In this document: positions 36,101 through 44,300 of the stretch, piece after piece
How the letters are laid out: the number at the start of each line of letters is the position of its first letter
Numbering within the stretch: position 1 is the first letter of the stretch
DNA from: an uncultured Nitrospiraceae bacterium
GTDB lineage: Bacteria; Nitrospirota; Thermodesulfovibrionia; Thermodesulfovibrionales; UBA6898
Direction of reading: 5' to 3'
DNA: 64,000 bases
Assembly (NCBI GenBank): GCA_963811165.1
Contig: CAWEQH010000004.1
Coordinates: forward strand, 768,001 to 832,000
The notes under the pieces: generated by a model
Told to the model about the DNA's origin: nothing
What the model saw: only the letters and a program-made list of their open reading frames with translations
Database searches by the model: none
Position numbers and translations under genes: made by a program

Positions 36101-38287
36101 ATCTGTACGGTAAGGGCGTCACAGGGCGGCAACAGCAATTATAACGCAGCGCCCAATGTTGACCAGCCTTTTACGATCAACAAAGCGAACCAGGCAACGG
36201 TGACAGTCAATGCGACGAGTCCGCTGACCTATGGTGGCTCTACGGGGACAGCGACGGCCTCAGGGGGCAGTGGGACGGGGGCGTATAGCTACAGCGCGGG
36301 GGGATCGACGGCGTGCAGCGTAAACTCATCAACGGGTGTAATAACGGTGACGAGCGGTACGGGTACGTGCTCGATAACCGCGACGAGGGCTGGTGACAGC
36401 AATTACAACGTGTCGGCAGTAAGCGCAGCGGCAAATGTGACGATCAACAAAGCGAACCAGGCAACGGTGACAGTCAATGCGACGAGTCCTCTGACCTATG
36501 GTGGCTCTACGGGGACAGCGACGGCCTCAGGGGGCAGCGGGACGGGGGCGTACAACTACAGCGCAGGATCATCGACGGCATGCAGCGTAGGCCTGACTAC
36601 GGGAGTGATCACCGTGACGAGCGGCACAGGCACGTGTGCGATCACCGCGACAAGGCTTGGCGACAGCAATTACAATGTATCAGCAGTAAGCGCAGCGGCA
36701 AATGTGACGATCAACAAAGCGAACCAGGCAACGGTGACAGTCAATGCGACGAGTCCGCTGACCTATGGTGGCTCTACGGGGACAGCGACGGCCTCAGGGG
36801 GCAGCGGGACGGGGGCGTACAACTACAGCGCAGGATCATCGACGGCATGCAGCGTAGGCCTGACTACGGGAGTGATCACCGTGACGAGCGGCACAGGCAC
36901 GTGTGCGATCACCGCGACAAGGCTTGGCGACAGCAATTACAATGTATCAGCAGTAAGCGCAGCGGCAAATGTGACGATCAACAAAGCGAACCAGGCAACG
37001 GTGACAGTCAATGCGACGAGTCCTCTGACCTATGGTGGCTCTACGGGGACAGCGACGGCCTCAGGGGGCAGCGGGACGGGGGCGTACAACTACAGCGCAG
37101 GATCATCGACGGCATGCAGCGTAGGCCTGACTACGGGAGTGATCACCGTGACGAGCGGCACAGGCACGTGTGCGATCACCGCGACAAGGCTTGGCGACAG
37201 CAATTACAATGTATCAGCAGTAAGCGCAGCGGCAAATGTGACGATCAACAAAGCGAACCAGGCAACGGTGACAGTCAATGCGACGAGTCCGCTGACCTAT
37301 GGTGGCTCTACGGGGACAGCGACGGCCTCAGGGGGCAGCGGGACGGGGGCGTACAACTACAGCGCAGGATCATCGACGGCATGCAGCGTAGGCCTGACTA
37401 CGGGAGTGATCACCGTGACGAGCGGCACAGGCACGTGTGCGATCACCGCGACAAGGCTTGGCGACAGCAATTACAATGTATCAGCAGTAAGCGCAGCGGC
37501 AAATGTGACGATCAACAAAGCGAACCAGGCAACGGTGACAGTCATTGCGACGAGTCCGCTGACCTATGGCGGCTCTACGGGGACAGCGACGGCCTCAGGG
37601 GGCAGTGGGACAGGGGCATACAGCTATAGCGCGGGGGCATCGACGGCATGCAGTGTGAATGCTGTTACGGGTGTAATAACGATGACGAGCGGGACAGGAA
37701 CGTGTTCGATCACGGCGACTAGAGCCGGAGACAGTAACTATAACACTTCTGCGGCAAGCGCAGCGGCAAATGTGACGATCAACAAGGCGAACCAGGCAAT
37801 CACCTTCGGAGCGCTTCCGGACAAAACAGCTGATGATGTACCTTTTGCAGTAAGCGCGACGTCGGATTCGGGGCTGGCGGTAAGTTTCAGCAGCTTGACG
37901 ACAGGAGTATGTACAGTAACACCAGATGGCACAGTAACGCTCACACACACGTCGGTAGATACGTGCACGATTCGGGCCTCGCAGGGTGGCAACGAGAATT
38001 ATAACGCGGCACCCGATGTTGATCAGTCCTTTGCGGTGAATGCGGGACCTGTTTGGAGAGAATTTGGCGGGATTCCAGTATATTACTACTCCACTATTCA
38101 GGCTGCCTTTGACGGTGCAGCAGATCAGGATGTGATTCAGACTCAGTTGATCTCGATTGAAGAAATCGATTTTAGACCGCCTGCCTGGATATCCATCACG
38201 TTGCAAGCGCCCGCAGGACATGCCGCAGTGAAGTCCATGACCATCACCAATGGGGCGGTAACGGTTGACGGACTGTGGATCCAGTGA
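30104..38287 (+). CDS. Giant secreted protein 1: putative deacetylase-like head, 5 IPT/TIG, ConA/LamG-like domains, Ig-like repeats, distinct C-terminal domain
   Basis: Signal peptide ending VDA-Q; IPT pattern (P.I..v.P..G...GGT.v.I.G.gF); three FSDDF-initiated beta-sandwich repeats; 89-aa tandem repeats. Confidence 0.88.
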   Translation: MDRIENKIRGIIFNKYLMPLLFFIAFGLTQLTVIPDVDAQDYNLTVAVLINSINTSGYNANPANPGEYQRYPERYLEHLQVPYQTFDVSSQSPPADLSSRQLIIIGHKGVNLPSNWQTAVINAVNGGTGLVNLDWATNIGTTSYVQTIFGATGSSAGTPGIDITVPQDVAQGGATPHYIAAMQKKFLGDLPGDFVYNFHVDKNNILQTATSTVLAMAGGTVIARIGSDPFIVATAYGSGRAVHFGTLDYLRADRFGFLMGIDDLFWRSLVWAARKPFVLRGYPRLWAVQMDDTFPGWGFRVRDIYDPTFTGNVAPDGTGGPWKLTGYLYTDNLPQGGDERASVTADIRQGLLKVAPHTFGNVTYGNLYWNDGSGALTDTQWSANLSQVLQWKQGLGGNDTIPSLSRSLVAHYWDISDNTGYDLWNSLGYRYVTSIQKPGFRDWADVTINAGAERPHARPFWLYEQPPKTVADENYSFFFADDYTINSRSGYASKTFFLFASQLHDPGLNYPRPDAIWPSSGWNFAPADSISQFERYTWRFWSSLAPVQLFTHDAQNYEASSASDRQAVIGQVSAWLQENGVHHVFMEGLGDYVYSRSKSVLTDVHVSGSNITYALTGNAATADGAPINTDVFVFFDNASEGVRQTIPGFTGGTISTQALPPAPPAITGVTPPTGPAAGGTSITISGTNFINVTAVEVGGTPVLDLVVDNSAQITAETPPGLTGPADVIVMTTSGMTTFSNGFTYTGPPVIDSITPAYGAQTGGTLFTVKGRGFETTSTISIGGALCTGITFVDSSTLTAMTPAGTPGDANVDVTNSQGTTTVHNGFFYLSSSNTIRMNFTYASRTALLAAGWDFLARTSLGATRDTEQTSGLVVSYDQTAHPGVLRIPIDAGDIWEGTNDSRNTLFYSLPDVWRSIRLKASGISLNDDNQEVCVVAYQDDDNYVLLCRAFNSDAPGNQVLEFGAESLGSYDVITRVAAAGSVCYLRLDRDVSGNVFSAFASTDGVNWGPLSGSVTRTLTSPRLGILAGANGSTTSFPTADIQFAEIVAFVADPLPPTVSSVSPPSGSTAGGTVVQISGTGFVPGSTVKIGGTSATSVIVNSDISISAVTPANAAGAADVAITNTNGTGTLTGGFIYYTPGSTLFSDDFNDGNATGWTISPLGNGTAWSVVSGAYTNIPPPVLVKQFLYRECLMERLYPSGRHTLSTLSDWPGGIRGRVNPASGAGYAAWLYPAEGGIILFSVVDWDIDNGYTELGRVDGITFDTTSFHTLGLSFTGSTIKVYFDGLLVITATDTTYNSGLIALDVSNQTVEFDNISVVFGTPVFPPAISSINPPSGSTAGGTVVQINGSGFISGSTVTIGGVSATGVVINSSTSITATTPAGTSGAADVVVTNTNGTGTLTGGFTYYTPGSTLFTDDFNDGNANGWTISPLGNASGWSVVGGIYTYNGSGLTNSYTGSASWSDYTLVAGIKLSSLSDLPGGIRGRVNLASGAGYAVWLYPAEGQIKLFRATGWDIDSVGQTQLGPTANGITFDTNFHSVWLNFSGTTITVYFDGTPVITASDATYGSGVIALDVNNQPIQFDNVSVIFGIPVLPPAVSSVSPPSGSTLGGTAVQINGSGFISGSTVTIGGASATGVVVNGATSISAVTPSGGAGGADVVVTNANGTGTLTGGFEYITPGSTLLSDDFSGGAGAWTISPLGILANWNASGDVLSYNGGGLSNVYRGDPFWSDYSFQADIRLYTLDNWPGGIRGRVNPTTGAGYAVWLYPADGYIKLFNAPKWDINDASTQLLMDVGGISFDTTSFHTVGMTFSGSTIKVYYDGALVITATDSTYTSGLIALDVSDQPVDFDNVIVTTDKANQTIAVTTHAPVSAAYNSTFNVAATASSGLDVAITSSGSCSGTGTGSAIITMTSSTGACSVNYNQAGDSIYNGAPQVSETTTAQMANQTISFGALGDKTYGDSPFTVSATATSGLTVSFSSQTTSVCTVTGTTVTIVASGICTVRASQGGNSNYNAAPNVDQPFTINKANQATVTVNATSPLTYGGSTGTATASGGSGTGAYSYSAGGSTACSVNSSTGVITVTSGTGTCSITATRAGDSNYNVSAVSAAANVTINKANQATVTVNATSPLTYGGSTGTATASGGSGTGAYNYSAGSSTACSVGLTTGVITVTSGTGTCAITATRLGDSNYNVSAVSAAANVTINKANQATVTVNATSPLTYGGSTGTATASGGSGTGAYNYSAGSSTACSVGLTTGVITVTSGTGTCAITATRLGDSNYNVSAVSAAANVTINKANQATVTVNATSPLTYGGSTGTATASGGSGTGAYNYSAGSSTACSVGLTTGVITVTSGTGTCAITATRLGDSNYNVSAVSAAANVTINKANQATVTVNATSPLTYGGSTGTATASGGSGTGAYNYSAGSSTACSVGLTTGVITVTSGTGTCAITATRLGDSNYNVSAVSAAANVTINKANQATVTVIATSPLTYGGSTGTATASGGSGTGAYSYSAGASTACSVNAVTGVITMTSGTGTCSITATRAGDSNYNTSAASAAANVTINKANQAITFGALPDKTADDVPFAVSATSDSGLAVSFSSLTTGVCTVTPDGTVTLTHTSVDTCTIRASQGGNENYNAAPDVDQSFAVNAGPVWREFGGIPVYYYSTIQAAFDGAADQDVIQTQLISIEEIDFRPPAWISITLQAPAGHAAVKSMTITNGAVTVDGLWIQ
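36176..37777 (+). repeat. Six tandem 267-bp (89-aa) coding repeats
   Basis: atcaacaaagcgaaccagg recurs at 36176, 36443, 36710, 36977, 37244, 37511 (variant at 37778). Confidence 0.95.
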
Positions 38288-38374
38288 TGAGAAAAGTGAG
38301 AGACAGATACTGTGAACATTCTTGAAGCATAGAGTCGATTGAATAATGTAAATGTACGAGGCAGGAGGGATAAA

Positions 38375-41300
38375 ATGAGGCGACTTTTTGTTGCAATACT
38401 GGCAGGGGTATGCTTTTTAGGGTATGCGGGGGGTGCATTTTGTCAGGATTATAACCTTACCGTTGCCGTGCTCGTGAATTCTACCAATACCAGCGGATAC
38501 AACACGAACGCCGCCAGTCCTGGCGAATATCAGCGGTACCCGGAAAGATACCTGGAGCATTTACAGGTACCTTATAAAGTGTTCGATGTGTCGGTGCAAT
38601 CACCGCCGGCAGACCTTTCCTCCAGGCAGTTGATTCTGATAGGCCACAGCGGAGTCAACTTGCCTTCCCAGTGGCAGACAGCGGTCATAAGCGCTGTCGC
38701 AGGCGGCACCGGCCTCGTGAACCTGGACTGGAGTGTAAACATCGGTTCTAGCTCTTATATCCAGACTATCTTCGGTGCGAGCGGATCGCATGCGGGGACT
38801 CCGGGGACATCCATAACCGTTCCGCTATCGGTCGCGCCGGGAGGAGTGAACGCTCATTACATTGCGGCAATGCAGAAGAAGTTTCTCGGGGATCCCTCGG
38901 GAGATTTTGTGTACAAATTCCACGTAGACCAAAACGGCTCGCTGAAGACCGCGACGAGCACGGTGCTTACGAATGCCGGGGGGATTGTAATCGCCAGAAT
39001 CGGTTCCGATCCTCTTATTGTTGCGACCACATACGGCTCTGGAAGGGCGGTTCATTTCGGAACCCTGGACTACCTGAGGGCTGACCGCTTCGGCTTCTTG
39101 ATGGGGATCGACGACCTTTTCTGGCGGAGCCTCGTCTGGGCCGCCCGCAAGCCATTTGTCCTCAGAGGATATCCAAGACTCTGGGCAGTGCAGATGGACG
39201 ACACGGATGTCGGCTGGGGATTAAGGATACGCGATGTCTACGACCCGACTTTCACCGGCACGGTTGCGCCTGACGGCACCGGCGGTCCCTGGAAGCTCAC
39301 CGGATTTCTTTATACCGATGACCTGCCGGCAGGCGGAGCGGAGAGGGCTTCGGTCACTGCCGACATCCGACAGGGACTCCTCAAGGTGGCGCCTCATACG
39401 TTCGGCGGAGTTACCTACGGCAATCTGTATTGGAACGATGGCAGTGGAGCACTCACCGACACCCAGTGGTCAGCGAATCTCACGCAGGTCCTCCAATGGA
39501 AACAAGGAAATGGAGGAAACGATACGATCCCGTCCTTGTCCCGCTCTCTGGTGGCCCACTACTGGGATATAAGTGACAATACAGGATACGACCTATGGAA
39601 CAGCCTTGGTTTCAGGTACATCACCTCTATTCAGAAGCCCGGCTTCCAGGACAACGCGGATGTAACTATAAATGGAGGAGCCGAGCGACCCCATGCAAGG
39701 CCTTTCTGGCTCTACGAGCAGCCTCCAAAAACAGTGGCTGATGAGGATTACTCCCTTTTCTTTGCCGATGACTATCCTGTCAACAGCCGGTCTGGGTATC
39801 CATCGAAGACGTTTTTCCTTTTCGCGTCACAGTTGCACGATCCGGGGCTGAACTATCCGAGGGTGGATGCCATCTGGCCATCAAGCAGTTATGGCTTTGC
39901 CCCGGCCGACAGCATAGCCCAGTTTGAGCGGTATACATGGCGCTTCTGGTCGTGCCTCGCACCAGTGCAGCTCTTTACCCATGACTACTACAATTACGAA
40001 TGGGCGTCGGCTTCCGACAGGCAACAGGTCATCGTGCAGGTTTCCTCATGGCTCCAGAGCCTGGGGGTCCGTCATGCATTTATGGAAGAGCTTGGCGACT
40101 ATATCTACAGCAGGAACAAATCGGTTCTAACCGATGTCCAGGTCTCCGGCAACAATATCACCTATACATTTACGGGGAATTCCGCCACCGCGGATGGCAC
40201 CCTTGTGAATACAAATGCGCTCGTTTTCTTCGATAATGCCTCTGAAGGAGTGCCGCACTCTCTCTCGGGTTTTGTCGGAGGTATCACTTATACGCTCCAG
40301 CTGCCCCAGGCACCACCGGTTATCAACAGTGTAACCCCATCAACCGGCTCTGTTACGGGGGGGACGAGCATCACCATAAACGGCGCTAATTTCGTAAATG
40401 TCATGGCAGTCAAAGTAGGAGGCAATCCCGTCACCAATTTGGCTGTCGGCAGTTCTTCGCAGATCACTGCGACGACACCTTCCGGCGTCACGGGTTCTGC
40501 GGATGTCGTGGTGGTGACCGCATCAGGGATGACTACCCTTGCAAACGGTTTTACCTATCTGGGCCTTCCCGTTATCGATTCTGTCACCCCCGGGTTTGGC
40601 CCGCAGGCGGGGGGTACGCAGGTTACCATTATAGGCAGAGGGTTTGATGCTACGAGTACCGTAACTGTCGGCGGTGTTCCGGCTACGGGTGTTGTCGTTA
40701 CAGATTCCGCGACCCTGACGGCAATGACGCCCGCGGGTGTCCCGGGGCCTGCCGGTGTGACAGTCACGAATGCACAGGGTGCGACAACACTGTCGGGAGG
40801 GTTCTTCTATCTGTCAGCATCGGACACCATTCACATGGACTTCAAGTATGCCAACCGATCGGCATTATTGAGTGCCGGATGGGATTTCATCGCGAGGACA
40901 TATTCAGGAATCTCACGGAATACGGAACAGACAAGTGGTCTGGTGGTCTCCTACGACCAGACCGCACACCCGGGGACGATCCGAATACCGGTCGGTCCGG
41001 GGGATATGTGGGAGAATACAAACGACTCCCAAAATACCCTCTTTTTCAACCTCCCGGACAACTGGAACAGCATTAATCTGAAAATTGTGAGTTTCAGCCC
41101 CACGGCAGATTTTCAACAGGTCGGTCTCCTGGCCTATCAGGATGATGACAATTATGTGTCAGTGAGCCGGTACTACAGTAGCGGACTGTCATACAAGCAG
41201 ACAGTGGAGTTTGGCATCGAAGACTCCGGCTACTATAACGTAACCGATCAGAGACAGGCTCCTTCAGGCGCGGTTATCTATTTGCGGCTGGATAGGGATC

Positions 41301-44300
41301 CGTCCACCGATGTAATTTCCGCTTTCAGTTCAACCGACGGCAATACATGGACATCTCTGTCAGGAAGCATTACAAAGACTCTTGTGAAGCCTCGCCTATG
41401 CATACTGATCGGTGCTAATTTATCAGGGACATCACCCAACGCCGATCTCGGATATGTTGAAATTGTGGCACACAATAGTACACCACCCGCTCCGACGGTC
41501 ACGGCCATATCACCCACGAGCGGGCCGACAGCAGGAGGCACGACAGTACAGATCAGCGGTACGGGGTTCATCGCGGGCAGCACGGTTAAGATAGGGACAG
41601 TAGCTGCGACGGGTGTAGTTGTCAATAGTGCCACCAGTATAAGCGCCGTGACGCCTGCGGGAACTGCAGGTGCTGCGAATGTAGTAGTGACGAACACGAA
41701 CGGGACAGGCACCTTCTCCGGTGGGTTCACCTATGTGGCTCCAATACCGCCGACGGTCACGGGTATATCACCGGCGAGCGGGCCGACAGCAGGAGGGACG
41801 GCAGTACAGATCAGCGGTACGGGGTTCATTGCGGGAAGCACGGTTAAGATAGGGACAGTCGCTGCGACGGGCGTAGTCGTAAACAGTACAACCAGCATCA
41901 GTGCCGTGACGCCTGCCGGGACTGCAGGTGCAGCGGATGTAGTAGTGACGAACACGAACGGGACAGGCACACTAACAGGCGGGTTTACCTATGTGGCATC
42001 CGGCGGTACGCTTTTTTCGGATGACTTTAATGATGGCAATGCCAATGGGTGGACAATCTCGCCGCTGGGGAATGCAGCCGGGTGGAGCGTTGTGGGAGGT
42101 GTGTATACCTACAACGGTGGAGGCCACACCCAGTCTTATACGGGAGACGCCACCTGGGCTGACTATACCATACAAGCAGACATAGAGTTATCTTCATTAA
42201 GCAACTGGCCCGGAGGCATACGCGGTCGGGTAAACCCTGCTACGGGTGCCGGGTATGTCGTCTGGCTGTACCCTGCTAACGGGCAGATCGTGCTTTGGAG
42301 GGCAACGGGATGGAATATCGATAGCCCTGGGTTGACACAGTTAGGTACAGCCGGAGGAATCGCCTTTGACACTTCGAATTTTCACACAGTACGGATAACA
42401 TTTGCCGGATCAACGATTACCGTATACTACGACGGTGCGTTGGTGATCACTGCCGCGGATGCAACGTATAGCAGCGGTTTGATCGCCCTTGACGTGTCCA
42501 ACCAGCCTGTCAGCTTCGACAATGTGACAGTAATATCGGGTAGCCCTTTGCCACCCGCTCCGACGGTCACGGGCATATCACCCACGAGCGGGCCGACAGC
42601 AGGAGGCACGGCAGTACAGATAACCGGCAGCGGGTTTATCACAGGGAGTACGGTTAAGATAGGGACAGTCGCTGCGACGGGCGTAGTCGTAAACAGTACA
42701 ACCAGCATCAGTGCCGTGACGCCTGCCGGAACTGCCGGTGCGGCGGATGTAGTAGTGACGAACACGAACGGGACAGGCACCCTTACCGGAGGATTTACCT
42801 ACTTAGCACCGCCGTCAGCCCCGACGGTCACGGGCATATCACCCACGAGCGGGCCGACAGCAGGAGGCACGGCAGTACAGATCAGCGGTACGGGGTTCAT
42901 CGCGGGGAGCACGGTCACGATAGGGGGCGCAAGTGCGACGGGTGTAGTTGTCAATAGTGCCACCAGTATAAGCGCCGTGACGCCTGCGGGAACTGCAGGT
43001 GCTGCGAATGTAGTAGTGACGAACACGAACGGGACAGGCACCTTCTCCGGTGGGTTCGTCTATGTGGCTCCAATACCGCCGACGGTCACGGGCATATCAC
43101 CCGCGAGCGGGCCGACCGGTGGAGGGACGGCAGTACAGATCAGCGGTACCGGGTTTATTACAGGGAGTACGGTCACGATAGGGGGCGCAAGTGCGACGGG
43201 TGTAGTTGTCAATAGTGCCACCAGTATAAGCGCCGTGACGCCTGCCGGGACTGCAGGTGCAGCGGATGTAGTAGTGACGAACACGAACGGGACAGGCACA
43301 CTAACGGGTGGGTTCACCTATGTGGCATCCGGCGGTACGCTTTTTTCGGATGACTTTAATGATGGCAATGCCAATGGGTGGACAATCTCGCCGCTGGGGA
43401 ATGCAGCCGGGTGGAGCGTTGTGGGAGGTGTGTATACCTACAACGGTGGAGGCCACACCCAGTCTTATACGGGAGACGCCACCTGGGCTGACTATACCAT
43501 ACAAGCAGACATAGAGTTATCTTCATTAAGCAACTGGCCCGGAGGCATACGCGGTCGGGTAAACCCTGATACGGGTGCCGGGTATGCCGTCTGGCTGTAC
43601 CCTGCTAACGGGCAGATCGTGCTTTGGAGGGCAACGGGATGGAATATCGATAGCCCTGGGTTGACACAGTTAGGTACAGCCGGAGGAATCGCCTTTGACA
43701 CTTCGAATTTTCACACAGTACGGATAACATTTGCCGGATCAACGATTACCGTATACTACGACGGTGCGTTGGTGATCACTGCCGCGGATGCAACGTATAG
43801 CAGCGGCTTGATCGACCTTGACGTGTCCAACCAGCCTGTCAGCTTCGACAATGTGACAGTAATATCGGGTAGCCCTTTGCCACCCGCTCCGACGGTCACG
43901 GGCATATCACCCACGAGCGGGCCGACAGCGGGAGGCACGGCAGTACAGATCAGCGGTACGGGGTTCATCGCGGGAAGCACGGTTAAGATAGGGACAGTCG
44001 CTGCGACGGGCGTAGTCGTAAACAGTACAACCAGCATCAGTGCCGTGACCCCTGCCGGGACTGCAGGTGCAGCGGATGTAGTAGTGACGAACACGAACGG
44101 AACAGGCACCCTTACCGGAGGATTTACCTACTTAGCACCGCCGTCAGCCCCGACAGTCAGCAGCATATCACCGGCGAGCGGGCCGACCGGTGGAGGGACG
44201 GCAGTACAGATAACCGGCAGCGGGTTTATTACAGGGAGTACGGTCACGATAGGGGGCGCAAGTGCGACGGGTGTAGTTGTCAATAGTGCCACCAGTATAA

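Noticed and set aside
36580..37629. 349-aa alternative-frame ORF
   Set aside because: A stop-free frame propagated by tandem repetition inside the giant gene; no SD and no plausible fold.
36176..37777. Regular direct repeats as a CRISPR array
   Set aside because: Units are 267 bp, in-frame coding, have no unique spacers, and no cas genes are present.
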